In this document: one piece after another, positions 39,888 through 49,943 of the stretch | How the letters are laid out: every line of letters starts with the position of its first letter | Position numbering within the stretch: the stretch's first letter is position 1 | Origin: a bacterium | GTDB taxonomy: Bacteria; Patescibacteriota; Microgenomatia; Daviesbacterales; UBA10151 | NCBI GenBank assembly: GCA_021786105.1 | Contig: JAJYNW010000010.1 | Coordinates: 35,330 to 99,329 of the forward strand | Reading direction: 5' to 3' | DNA length: 64,000 nt | Notes under the pieces: model-generated | Told to the model about the DNA's origin: nothing | The model's input: the letters and a program-made list of their open reading frames with translations, nothing else | Database searches by the model: none | Translations under genes and position numbers: made by a program

Positions 39888-41012
39888 ATGAATCAAAAAG
39901 GCCTTGCCCCTATCTTTTTGATAGTTGCTGTTTTGGTTGTATCTGTAGTAGCTTTTTTGGGTTTATCAAAGTTTAATGGACAAAGATTTGGTCCCCCTCA
40001 AAACAATCCAGGTTGGGGCCAAAAGCCTGGAGGGGCCCAAGATTTTGGCGGGCCTCCTTCTACCATTCAAAAGCAGCGTTGGAACGGCCCAATTCCAAAT
40101 CCTCCCAAAAATAAAATTACCTATTATAAAGGGCTTTGGGGAGCTGGCTGGTTTTATCCTGAAGAATTTACTGGTTTAAAATTTGATCCCCAAAAATATG
40201 AAAAATGGGGAGTAAACATTGTTATGCTTCAGCCTGGTTTTGAGATCAACAGTAATGGTGATGTGCGATATCCTCCTGACTTTCCCACCTATGTAGATAT
40301 GGATGCCAGGATTGGGGAGCTAGCAACAAAGTTTTATCAGGCAAATGTACATATAGGCTTAACTCTGATTCTTACTTATAAAAAGGAATTTTCAAATGGA
40401 GGACAAGGAGATATGTGGGCCGGAGAACCGCAACCTTTTCCCAAGGAAATTGTGGAAAAACCCGGCTACTTTGATAAATTTAACAAGGTGGTTGAGGATA
40501 TGGCTAAGATTGCCGAAAAATACCATGTTTATATGTTTGCTCCCATGGGAGAAGCGGATGGAATTTTTGGTATGAAGGTGGCACCCTTCCTGACCCAGCA
40601 AATGGTACCTTTGGTCAGAAAATATTATACAGGCAAGCTGTATTATAAAGGGGATTTACATAATGGCGAGGGAGATAAGATGAATTTTAAAGGTTATGAT
40701 GTATTAGGATTTGTCATAGGTCCTTCTGACCGTATTACTAATACAGAAGACTTAAGAAAGTTTTTTGATTCTAGTATGGACAGGGCTGTAGCTTGGGCAA
40801 AACGCGACAATATTCCGGAGGTGGTCGTTTCCGAACATGGATATATAGGGAATAATCAAATGGCATCCGCAGAAAATATCGGGTTAGCCTTAGAAGAAGG
40901 CAATAAAAAATTAAATGGCGTATTTTTGACAGAACCAATCCCTGATGTTTTTAAAACAGCCCAAGGGGATGAAATAGTAGAGCAAATGAAAAAGTGGTTT
41001 TTAGCCAACTAA
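39888..41012 (+). CDS. Secreted glycoside hydrolase-like (TIM barrel) protein with prepilin-like N-terminus
   Basis: MNQKGL + hydrophobic stretch; PMGEAD and VVVSEHG resemble GH-A clan acidic sites. Confidence 0.55.
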   Translation: MNQKGLAPIFLIVAVLVVSVVAFLGLSKFNGQRFGPPQNNPGWGQKPGGAQDFGGPPSTIQKQRWNGPIPNPPKNKITYYKGLWGAGWFYPEEFTGLKFDPQKYEKWGVNIVMLQPGFEINSNGDVRYPPDFPTYVDMDARIGELATKFYQANVHIGLTLILTYKKEFSNGGQGDMWAGEPQPFPKEIVEKPGYFDKFNKVVEDMAKIAEKYHVYMFAPMGEADGIFGMKVAPFLTQQMVPLVRKYYTGKLYYKGDLHNGEGDKMNFKGYDVLGFVIGPSDRITNTEDLRKFFDSSMDRAVAWAKRDNIPEVVVSEHGYIGNNQMASAENIGLALEEGNKKLNGVFLTEPIPDVFKTAQGDEIVEQMKKWFLAN

Positions 41013-41087
41013 CTTATTAATTTCCCTCGGTACACTTTTGGCTTATTGTTGTATAATAGCTCATTCAAACTAAAGGGAGGTGAGGAG

Positions 41088-41234
41088 ATGTTAAATCGAA
41101 GAGTAATTATTCCGGTAGTGGCAGCTGCGGTCGTTACAGCAACTATTATTTTCGGTATTACCCATTCAAGAGTCAAAAATAGTCATCTGTTGTCTGGACT
41201 AGTTGGTATGGTAACTCAGCAGTATCATAAATAG
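41088..41234 (+). CDS. Small single-TM protein (48 aa)
   Basis: SD GGAGGTGA upstream; signal-like N-terminus. Confidence 0.5.
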   Translation: MLNRRVIIPVVAAAVVTATIIFGITHSRVKNSHLLSGLVGMVTQQYHK

Positions 41235-41270
41235 TAACCGGTTTGGTATGATGGATAATAAAACTAACGG

Positions 41271-42203
41271 ATGAGTAGAAAATACCACAAAGTCACCCTC
41301 TTCCTGCCAATTGCCTATTTTGTAATTGTCAGCATCTTTTTAATCCGGCATGGAACTTGGCTTTCTCCTGACCTTTTTTTCTTAGTTGCGCTTTTTATTA
41401 CTCTCATTCTGGGCAGAACTAAGCAATTTATACATGATTGGTCTATCCCGATATTACTTTTGCTTAGTTATGATTATCTTCGGGGGTTGGCGCCAAAGCT
41501 GACGCAGGCGGCCAATATTTATCCGATGATTAATTTCGACAAAGCGCTTTTTGGAAGCCTGCCGACAAATAGCTTGCAAAGTGCATTATTTTCTGACGGT
41601 TTAGTTCACTGGTATGACTATTTAGGAACGGCTTTATATATGTCGCATTTTATAGCCCCCATGATAATCGGTTTCATTTTTTGGTTAAAAGATAAAGAAT
41701 ACTTTCGCCGATTTTTTCTGGCGTTACTGCTACTTTCCTATGCTGCTTTTTTTACTTATGTAATTTTTCCGGCCACGCCGCCCTGGATGGCAGCTCAGCA
41801 AGGATTAATTCCGCCGGTTCACAAGGTGATGGATCAGGTGTTTGTTAATCTTCCGCATTCAATTAATCTGCCTTCAGTTTATAAATTTATCGGCGTTAAT
41901 TTGGTAGCTGCAGTTCCCTCGCTTCATGCAGCTTATCCGTTTCTTATTCTGCTCTTTTTAGTCCGGAAATATAAAGCTAAAGGGTTGTTATTCTTGCCGT
42001 ATATGCTAGGCGTTTGGTTTTCAATTGTCTATTTTGGGGAACATTATGTTTTTGATATTGTAGTAGGGGTTATATATGCCGTAGTAATTTTTAGTTTAGT
42101 AATAAATGCAGAAAAACTTTGGCAAAGATTGATGATGCCATTTTACAAAATTAATTTCAGGTATAATGAGAAAATATGGAATTTGATCCGGAGAAGGATT
42201 TAG
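41271..42203 (+). CDS. PAP2-superfamily membrane protein (AUR1/IPC synthase-like)
   Basis: FPATPPW, AVPSLHAAY, EHYVFD. Confidence 0.85.
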   Translation: MSRKYHKVTLFLPIAYFVIVSIFLIRHGTWLSPDLFFLVALFITLILGRTKQFIHDWSIPILLLLSYDYLRGLAPKLTQAANIYPMINFDKALFGSLPTNSLQSALFSDGLVHWYDYLGTALYMSHFIAPMIIGFIFWLKDKEYFRRFFLALLLLSYAAFFTYVIFPATPPWMAAQQGLIPPVHKVMDQVFVNLPHSINLPSVYKFIGVNLVAAVPSLHAAYPFLILLFLVRKYKAKGLLFLPYMLGVWFSIVYFGEHYVFDIVVGVIYAVVIFSLVINAEKLWQRLMMPFYKINFRYNEKIWNLIRRRI

Positions 42204-43075
42204 AAATCTTCAGGCCAGTATTTGGTAAACGGCCGGAAGTGTCCAAAGAAGTTTTGAAGCAGGATTTGAACAGATATTATCTGCCGTACATTCAAAAGTT
42301 AATTGAGGTCAAACAAAAAAAAGGCAATTCAATTGGTTTGATCGTTGGTGTTTCTGCCATCCAGGGTACCGGTAAAACTACCCAAGGCGAGATTTTGGAA
42401 ATTTTACTTAAGCACCTGGGCCATTCTTCAATTTCTTTATCGATTGATGATCATTACCTGACTCATGCCGAATTAAATGAACTTCGCCAAAAAGACCCCC
42501 GTTATATTAGACGCGGTGTTACTCATGATATTACTTTAGCCATCCAAAACTTAAAGGACCTGCAAGTTATGCAGAATGGAATGGAAGTAAAGATACCAAT
42601 ATATGACAAAGGGGCAGAGAGCGGAGATGGGGACAGGGTGGGTTGGAAAAGTGTTACCCAAAAACCGGATTTTATTTTTTATGACGGCTGGATGCTGGGG
42701 GCCAGGCGGGTGGAAGATGAATCAGTATTTGAGAGTGGTTTACCTGCTTTAGATACTCCGGAGCATATCCAGTTTGCCAAAGATATTAATAAAAAGTTGG
42801 ATGAATATTTGTCTTTGTGGGATTTGATTGAATTTATGAATGTTTTATATGTGCCGAATTATCAAATTTCTTTAGAATGGAGGGATCAGGCTGAAGAGGT
42901 GTTGCGAAAGCAGGGAAAGGGTATGAGCAAAGAGGAAATCCGGGAATTTGTTTACTATTTTTGGCGGTCTGTCCACCCTGCCATCCAGATTAAAAATTTA
43001 GCTCATGATTCTGCCCATGCCCAGCAAGTCACTGTTATCAATGATGACCATTCGATAAAAGAGGTTCGGAATTGA
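42176..43075 (+). CDS. P-loop kinase, glycerate 3-kinase (GLYK)-like
   Basis: VGVSAIQGTGKTT, SIDDHYLT, RGVTHD, PIYDKGA..GDGDR, DGWMLG, WRDQAE. Confidence 0.75.
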   Translation: MEFDPEKDLEIFRPVFGKRPEVSKEVLKQDLNRYYLPYIQKLIEVKQKKGNSIGLIVGVSAIQGTGKTTQGEILEILLKHLGHSSISLSIDDHYLTHAELNELRQKDPRYIRRGVTHDITLAIQNLKDLQVMQNGMEVKIPIYDKGAESGDGDRVGWKSVTQKPDFIFYDGWMLGARRVEDESVFESGLPALDTPEHIQFAKDINKKLDEYLSLWDLIEFMNVLYVPNYQISLEWRDQAEEVLRKQGKGMSKEEIREFVYYFWRSVHPAIQIKNLAHDSAHAQQVTVINDDHSIKEVRN

Positions 43076-43850
43076 TGAATAAACTTTTTTCCTCAGAAAA
43101 CAACAAACTTATCTTTATCCTGGTTACCATGTTTTTAAACTTTCTGGGGTTTAGCATTCTTTTTCCCATCCTGCCGTTTATGGTGGAACAATATGTCCCA
43201 AATCCACACGAAATTGCTTTATATGTCGGATTACTTTTGTCTGTATATGCCTTTTGCCAATTTTTTGCTGCACCGGGTTTAGGGGCGCTAAGCGACAGAT
43301 TCGGCAGAAAGCCAATTCTTTTGATTAGTTTATTTGGTTCAGCCATCGGTTATATTTTGTTGGGGATAGGCGGAGCATTGTGGGTATTATTTTTAGGCCG
43401 GATTATTGATGGGTTAACGGGCGGGAATATCAGCACTATTTTTCCCAGGGGTTTTTAATCAATAAATTATTGCCAAAACTCGGTGAAATAAGAGTGGCGA
43501 TATTGGGATTAGTGTTGACTTTTGTTGGATTTGTAATTGTAGCATCAACTGCTTTTTTTGCTTCTGTAATCTTGATTTATTTGGGTTTAATTATTCTCAA
43601 TATCGGTGATGGTTTGTTTGAACCGGCAGAGGCTAGTTTAATTTCTGCCGCAGTCGGTCCCCAGATGCAGGGTAGGGTTTCGGGAGCAAATCAGGGCATG
43701 CAGTCAGTTGCCAGGATCATTGGTCCGTTTTTTGCCGCCTACATTTACCGTTACTTTAGGGGTTTGCCCTATATGTCGGAAGCAGTGCTGGTGAGCTTAT
43801 CTTTATTGGTATTTATTTTTTCTTTCTCCGTAATTCGAAGGAAAGCTTAA
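43072..43850 (+). pseudogene. TetA-like MFS transporter with internal deletion and frameshift
   Basis: N-terminal TMs with GALSDRFGRKP joined near 43443 out of frame to C-terminal QGFLINKLLPKLGE...QGRVSG. Confidence 0.8.
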
Positions 43851-43908
43851 AGAAAACAAAAACAATACTTTATTAATTGAAATAAATTAGGCTACAATAA
43901 GATTAGGT

Positions 43909-46281
43909 ATGTCTGAGGGTTACATCAAACACTTTGAAGAGATTGATATTGGTGATGTTCCTGAGGTGGGAGGGAAAAATGCTTCTTTAGGGGAAATGAT
44001 TCAGAGCTTTAAGGGGACGGATATTAATATTCCGGGCGGATTTGTGGTTACAGCGACTGCTTATAAACACTTCTTGTCGCAAACCGGACTCGCTGATTAT
44101 ATTAAAGAACAACTAAAGGACTTAAATACCAAGAATTTAGAAAACCTGCAAAACCGGGGCAAAAATATCCGGGAAAAAATTAAAAGTACTAATTTACCGG
44201 AAGATTTAAAACAAGCCATCAAAGTTGCTTTCGAAAAAGCTGAAAAACAGTACGGTAAGAATACTGCTTTTGCGGTTCGGTCATCTGCTACGGCTGAAGA
44301 TTTGCCGGAAGCTTCCTTTGCCGGAGAGCAGGAAACCTTCTTAAATATTAGGGGGGTGGAAAATATTATGGAAGGGATTCGGGCTTGTATGGCTTCTTTG
44401 TTTACGGACCGGGCAATTTCCTACCGGGTTGATAAGGGGTTTGATCATCTGAAGGTTTATTTATCGGTTGGGGTGCAAAAAATGGTCCGTTCGGATTTGG
44501 CTTGTTCCGGAGTGATGTTTACGCTTGATACTGAAACAGGTTTTCCTAATGTGGTTTTGATCAATGGTTCCTGGGGGTTGGGGGAAATGATTGTTCAAGG
44601 GGAAGTTATCCCAGATGAGTTTTTGGTCTTTAAAAAAACCTCCTCCATCATCGAGAAAAAGCTGGGAACCAAAATGAGAAAGATGGTTTATGGCCAGGAC
44701 AGGCCGACTAAAATAGTGGAAACTTCGGATAAAGAAAAAGAATCATTTACTTTAACCGATGCGGAAATTTTAAAGTTGGCTAGTTGGGGGATGAAAATTG
44801 AAGAGCATTACAGCAAGAAAAAAGGCAAATGGACGCCAATGGATACCGAGTGGGCTAAAGACGGAGTGGACAGCAAGCTTTACATGATTCAGGCCAGGCC
44901 GGAAACAGTGCATGCGGTTAGGGATTTTTCGAAAATCCGCGAATATGTGTTAATAGGTAGCGGTGAAAAAATAGTCAGCGGGTCATCAGTTGGTAATAAA
45001 ATAGCCAGTGGCCAAGCCAAAGTTATTTTGGATCCCAAAGATATTGAGTCGTTTAAAGAGGGGGAGGTGTTGGTAACAAAGATGACTGACCCCGATTGGG
45101 AGCCGATTATGAAAATTGCCTCAGCGATTGTGACTGATCAAGGCGGACGGACTTCTCATGCGGCGATAGTTTCCCGGGAGTTGGGGATTCCGGCAGTTGT
45201 TGGCTGTGTTCACGCTACAACGAAAATCAAAAGCGGTGAGGAGATTACAGTTGATTGTTCCGGTACTGAAGGAGTAGTTTATCAAGGGAAATTGCATTTT
45301 AAGGTGGTGGAGCACGATGCCTCAAAAATTCCGGAAACTAAAACTCATATTATGATTAACATTGCTACTCCGGAAACCGCTTTTGAAAAATCCTTTCTGC
45401 CCAATAAAGGAGTGGGGCTGGCCCGTGAAGAATTTATTATTGCGTCTAATATCGGCATTCATCCGCTAACTTTAATTAATTATGAGAAACTGCCGCCAAA
45501 AGTTAAAGCTGCAGTTAATAAAAAAACTGAAGGATATCCTGATAAGAAAAAATTTTATGTTGAAAAACTGGCTTACGGCATTGCCAAAATTTCCGCGAGT
45601 TTTTATCCCAACCCGGTGATTGTTCGTTTTTCTGATTTTAAAACTAATGAATACAGGTCTTTGTTAGGCGGATATTTATTTGAACCGGTTGAAGAAAATC
45701 CGATGATTGGTTGGAGGGGGGCATCCCGCTATTATTCACCCGAGTTTGCCCGAGCTTTCGTTTTGGAAATTGGAGCGATCAAAAAGGTGATCGGGGAAAT
45801 GGGTTTAAATAATACCATGGTGATGGTGCCGTTTTGTCGGACTGCGGAAGAAGGTAGAAAAGTTATCAAATTAATGGAAGACAATGGTTTGACTAAGAAT
45901 AAGTTCCCCAAACTTAAAGTTTATGTAATGTGTGAGATTCCGGCCAACGTAATACTGGCTGATAAATTTTTGGATGTGTTTGACGGGATGAGTATCGGCA
46001 GCAATGATTTGACTCAACTAACTTTAGGAATTGACCGGGACGGTAATGAAAAAATTAAAGGTATTGCCAATGAAAATGATGAAAGTGTAAAAGGTTTGAT
46101 TACTCAAGTAATAAAAAAATGTAAAGCCCGGGGCAAATACATTGGCATTTGCGGTCAAGCGCCATCTGATTACCCTGATTTTGTGGAATTTTTAGTCAAA
46201 GCCGGTATTGACAGTATTTCCTTAAACCCTGATACTCTTATCCAAACTACTCTCGCTGTCCACAAATTAGAACGAAGTTGA
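43909..46281 (+). CDS. ppsA: Phosphoenolpyruvate synthase (pyruvate,water dikinase)
   Basis: GGKNASLGEM, VRSSATAED, GGRTSHAAIVSRELG, SIGSNDLTQ. Confidence 0.96.
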   Translation: MSEGYIKHFEEIDIGDVPEVGGKNASLGEMIQSFKGTDINIPGGFVVTATAYKHFLSQTGLADYIKEQLKDLNTKNLENLQNRGKNIREKIKSTNLPEDLKQAIKVAFEKAEKQYGKNTAFAVRSSATAEDLPEASFAGEQETFLNIRGVENIMEGIRACMASLFTDRAISYRVDKGFDHLKVYLSVGVQKMVRSDLACSGVMFTLDTETGFPNVVLINGSWGLGEMIVQGEVIPDEFLVFKKTSSIIEKKLGTKMRKMVYGQDRPTKIVETSDKEKESFTLTDAEILKLASWGMKIEEHYSKKKGKWTPMDTEWAKDGVDSKLYMIQARPETVHAVRDFSKIREYVLIGSGEKIVSGSSVGNKIASGQAKVILDPKDIESFKEGEVLVTKMTDPDWEPIMKIASAIVTDQGGRTSHAAIVSRELGIPAVVGCVHATTKIKSGEEITVDCSGTEGVVYQGKLHFKVVEHDASKIPETKTHIMINIATPETAFEKSFLPNKGVGLAREEFIIASNIGIHPLTLINYEKLPPKVKAAVNKKTEGYPDKKKFYVEKLAYGIAKISASFYPNPVIVRFSDFKTNEYRSLLGGYLFEPVEENPMIGWRGASRYYSPEFARAFVLEIGAIKKVIGEMGLNNTMVMVPFCRTAEEGRKVIKLMEDNGLTKNKFPKLKVYVMCEIPANVILADKFLDVFDGMSIGSNDLTQLTLGIDRDGNEKIKGIANENDESVKGLITQVIKKCKARGKYIGICGQAPSDYPDFVEFLVKAGIDSISLNPDTLIQTTLAVHKLERS

Positions 46282-46282
46282 G

Positions 46283-47464
46283 ATGAAGATTGGTCAAGTT
46301 AATCTAAAGATAATAAACGACTCCCGTAAAGAGCCAACGCTGGAAGCGGAATTGGTGGTGGATGGAGTACAGGGTGCTGCCAGTGTACCATCAGGCAAAA
46401 GCAAAGGTTCTAATGAGGTATTTGTTTTAGATCCTCAAGCAGTCATCCAAAAATTGGATGAGATAAAACCTAAGTTAATTCGGGATTTTAATTCATTGGA
46501 AGAATTTGACCAATTTTTGATTCAATTGGATGGAACTCCAAAGAAAGAAAATTTAGGTGGTAATTTAATTTTAGCCCTAAGTATTGCTTTTGTTAGGGCT
46601 TGGGCTAAACTGCAAAATCTGGAAACTTTTCAACTGATTTCCAAAATTTCTAAACAAGAGACAAAATTGCCCTTATGTTTTTTTAATTTAATAGAAGGCG
46701 GGGTGCATGCTGAAAACTCCTTGCCCTTTCAGGAATACTTATTTATTCCCCAAACAAATTCACCAAAGGAAAGTTTAAATATGGTTGGGGAATTTATTAA
46801 AGCATTGGCAGAATATGAACATGAAGAATTTGGCAAATTAAAAATGGGAGATGAGGGTGGATTTACTGTGCCTTCTAAAGATCCGGAAATTGGCCTAAGA
46901 ATTTTGCAGGAAGTGATGGGCAAAATAACTGGAAATGCAAAATCGGGGCTTGATATTGCTGCTTCAACTTTTTTGGAAAATGATTCATATAATGTTAGCG
47001 GAAAGATTATGGATAGAGATGACTTAATCTCTTACTACCAGCTACTTGCTGTTAACTACCAACTACTTTCCATAGAGGATCCTTTCGCGGAAAATGACTG
47101 GGAAGGGTTTGAAAAAATCATGACCAATTTAGGTGAAAAAGTTTGGATTGTGGGCGATGATTTAACAACAACTAACGTAGAAAGTATTAAGCTGGCCTAT
47201 GAGAGAAATGCTGTTAATGCCGTAATTATTAAACCCAATCAAATTGGTTCGGTAACAGAAGCGATCAATGCGGCAGTTTTGGCTAAAAGTTATGGTTGGA
47301 AAATTATTGTCTCTCATCGGTCCGGAGAAACTATGGATAATTTTATTGCCGATTTCGCAGCGGGGTTAGGGGCAGACGGATTAAAATCCGGCTGCCCTTT
47401 ACAGCAGGAAAGGTTAGTTAAATATCGAAGACTGGAGGAGATTGAAAAAATATGGCGTATCTAA
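46283..47464 (+). CDS. eno: Enolase
   Basis: SVPSGKS, GDEGGF, IEDPF, VGDDL, IKPNQIG, SHRSGET. Confidence 0.93.
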   Translation: MKIGQVNLKIINDSRKEPTLEAELVVDGVQGAASVPSGKSKGSNEVFVLDPQAVIQKLDEIKPKLIRDFNSLEEFDQFLIQLDGTPKKENLGGNLILALSIAFVRAWAKLQNLETFQLISKISKQETKLPLCFFNLIEGGVHAENSLPFQEYLFIPQTNSPKESLNMVGEFIKALAEYEHEEFGKLKMGDEGGFTVPSKDPEIGLRILQEVMGKITGNAKSGLDIAASTFLENDSYNVSGKIMDRDDLISYYQLLAVNYQLLSIEDPFAENDWEGFEKIMTNLGEKVWIVGDDLTTTNVESIKLAYERNAVNAVIIKPNQIGSVTEAINAAVLAKSYGWKIIVSHRSGETMDNFIADFAAGLGADGLKSGCPLQQERLVKYRRLEEIEKIWRI

Positions 47465-48060
47465 TTTTGGCAAGACATGGAATAACTGAGTGGAATGCAG
47501 CTGGTAAGTGGCAAGGATTAACGGATATTCCCTTAAGCGAAGAAGGCAAAAGGCAGGCCAAAGAAATGGCAGGGTCTTTAAAAGGAATAAGAATTGATTT
47601 AGTTTATACCTCTGAGCTTAGCAGGGTTAAGCAGACCTCTGAAGAGATTTGTAATAGTTTAGGTTTGATTTGTCCGGTTGCAGCCAATCCGGCTTTAAAT
47701 GAACGGGATTATGGAATATATACGGGTAAGAATAAATGGGAGATGGAAAATGAATTGGGACAGGAAAGGTTTACCCGCTTAAGGAGAGGTTGGGATTTTC
47801 CGGTGCCGGAGGGTGAAACCTTAAAGGATGTTTATAACAGGGTAGTGCCTTTTTACAGGGAAAAAATCTTGCCGGATTTACAAAAAGGCAAAAATGTTTT
47901 AGCGGTGGCGCATGGAAATTCTTTGCGGGCATTGGTTAAATTTCTGGAAAATATTTCCGATGAAAATATTGCTAAACTGGAAATCCCGATCGGCCAAATT
48001 TTAGTTTATTCAGTTGATAATAGTGGGAAAATTATTGATAAACAGATTTTAAACTCCTGA
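47452..48060 (+). CDS. gpmA: 2,3-BPG-dependent phosphoglycerate mutase
   Basis: RHG, LNERDYG, AHGNSLRAL; downstream of eno. Confidence 0.88.
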   Translation: MAYLILARHGITEWNAAGKWQGLTDIPLSEEGKRQAKEMAGSLKGIRIDLVYTSELSRVKQTSEEICNSLGLICPVAANPALNERDYGIYTGKNKWEMENELGQERFTRLRRGWDFPVPEGETLKDVYNRVVPFYREKILPDLQKGKNVLAVAHGNSLRALVKFLENISDENIAKLEIPIGQILVYSVDNSGKIIDKQILNS

Positions 48061-49092
48061 CTACTTTAAATATTTATCAAAAAAAGATATTGCTTGTGAC
48101 ATGACCTGGGAAAGACTGGGAGTTAAGTTGTGATCAGCGCCGGGGTACTCAATATAATCAACATTTTTGCTGGAGCTTTTCAGTTTGCCACTCAATGATG
48201 AGGAAAAGTTGGGTGGCACCGTATCATCAGCAGAGCCTACTTGGATCTGAATAGGAGTTGTAATATCGGTAATGAATTGGGTCGGATCAATTGCATTCCA
48301 AAAGGTCGGATTTTCTTTTGGCAAACCCCGCTCTTTGATTATTTGTTGGATAGCATAATATGTATCTAAATCATTGCCCGTAATCGTTTGGGCGGCAAAG
48401 CGTTGGTTCCACCAATTTAAGATATCAGTTTCATTTCCCACCACCCCGGAAATAATTTCCGCCGCTTTAAAATCATGGGTTACGACTAACTCATGCAAAG
48501 TAACATTGCCGCCCATCGAATGACCAAAAACGCCGATTTTATTAGGATCAGCATCAGGATATTTTTTTATTGATGCCAAGGCATTCATGCTGTCGGTGAC
48601 ATAGCTTGGTGAGATATAAGGCTGCTCAGGTTTTCCTTGTGAGGAGCCGTTGCCCCGGTAATCAGGCTTGAAAACAATATATCCGGCGCTGGCAAGCGGT
48701 TCAACCATAACTGCATAACTTTCAGCAGTGGAGTATTGTGCTGGCGGGATATAGCCATGGTTAAAAATGATCACCGGCCAGCCGCCATTTGGTTTTTGTC
48801 CTTGGGGAACAGTTAAAAGGGCAAATTGTTTTAAGCCTTCTGATTGATAGGAAACTATATATTGATTGTAAATCGCGCCGGGCGTCAAAGTTTGCTCGAT
48901 GGTGATATTGCTGCCTGGATAGGATTTTTGTTGCATGGCAGCAATGGTCAGCGGAGACTGGTTGGTGACCGGGGCTGAGGGTGCGGAAGAAGGGGAAACT
49001 GTTGGGGACGGAGCGGGTTTTTTAAGCCGGAGGTATAGGCCTAGCCCTAAAAAGATGACGATCAACAAGGTTATTACGGCCGCTAGTTTCAT
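48061..49092 (-). CDS. Membrane-anchored alpha/beta hydrolase (S9 peptidase-like)
   Basis: NHGYI, PDYRG, GHSMGG, DDTVP, ADHN. Confidence 0.85.
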   Translation of the reverse strand: MKLAAVITLLIVIFLGLGLYLRLKKPAPSPTVSPSSAPSAPVTNQSPLTIAAMQQKSYPGSNITIEQTLTPGAIYNQYIVSYQSEGLKQFALLTVPQGQKPNGGWPVIIFNHGYIPPAQYSTAESYAVMVEPLASAGYIVFKPDYRGNGSSQGKPEQPYISPSYVTDSMNALASIKKYPDADPNKIGVFGHSMGGNVTLHELVVTHDFKAAEIISGVVGNETDILNWWNQRFAAQTITGNDLDTYYAIQQIIKERGLPKENPTFWNAIDPTQFITDITTPIQIQVGSADDTVPPNFSSSLSGKLKSSSKNVDYIEYPGADHNLTPSLSQVMSQAISFFDKYLK

Positions 49093-49104
49093 AGTCCAAT
49101 TATT

Positions 49105-49132
49105 TCTTCCTTATTTATTACAGTGATTTTAC
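49105..49132 (+). promoter_or_regulatory. 11-bp-period direct-repeat box
   Basis: TCTTCC 49105, TATTAC 49116, TTTTAC 49127. Confidence 0.45.
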
Positions 49133-49170
49133 CAAAAACTAGATAAATCTTTTGTAAGATTAAAAACACT

Positions 49171-49938
49171 ATGCCAAATGTCGGAACATCTGTGGTTGCA
49201 ACTGTCACTGATACTTTTAATAGGATCATTTTGTTTATTCCGCAGTTTATAGCCGGGTTGGTTATTTTAGTGATTGGTTGGGCGTTGGCGGTGATTTTAA
49301 AATATGTTGCCAAAAGGCTGTTTGACTGGATCGGGCTGGATAGGTTTTTGACCAGGGTAGGTTTGGAGGAAAAAACCGGGACTCACCACATTTGGACGGA
49401 GATTGCTTCCCAGGTGGTTTTCTGGTTTGTCTTTTTAGCTTTTCTGATCCCGGCATTTAATGCCTGGCAGCTTACCAATGTGACGGCTCTTTTAAATCAA
49501 ATTCTGTTTTACATTCCTAACGTCTTTGCGGCAGTGGTAATTGGGTTTATTGGTTATGTTATTGCCAATATTGCTTATAATTTAGTGAAGAATGCCGCGA
49601 GCGGAGCAGGGACTGCGGGCGCTAGCCTGCTTGGTCAGGTGGCCAAATATGCTTTGTATATTTTTACTGCCCTGGTGGTTTTAAATCAGTTGCAAATTGC
49701 TTCTAATTTGATCCAGCTGTTTGTAGCAGGATTGGTGGCTATGGCGGCTTTAGCCGGAGGGTTAGCTTTTGGTTTAGGCGGGCAAGACGTTGCCAGGGAT
49801 ATGCTTAATCGGTTGTCCGGTTTAAAAGCAGCCCGTCAAATTGGTGGACAGGCTGGCAGGCAGGCAGTTTATGCCAGCCAGGTTCGTCCGGGCAAAACTT
49901 CAAAGCATTCTCAAAACAAAGAAGAAAAGAAAGCATAA
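49171..49938 (+). CDS. TM-helix repeat protein (MscS-associated, CmpX-like)
   Basis: Repeated IP motifs before TM helices, GLAFGLGG. Confidence 0.8.
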   Translation: MPNVGTSVVATVTDTFNRIILFIPQFIAGLVILVIGWALAVILKYVAKRLFDWIGLDRFLTRVGLEEKTGTHHIWTEIASQVVFWFVFLAFLIPAFNAWQLTNVTALLNQILFYIPNVFAAVVIGFIGYVIANIAYNLVKNAASGAGTAGASLLGQVAKYALYIFTALVVLNQLQIASNLIQLFVAGLVAMAALAGGLAFGLGGQDVARDMLNRLSGLKAARQIGGQAGRQAVYASQVRPGKTSKHSQNKEEKKA

Positions 49939-49943
49939 TTTCT

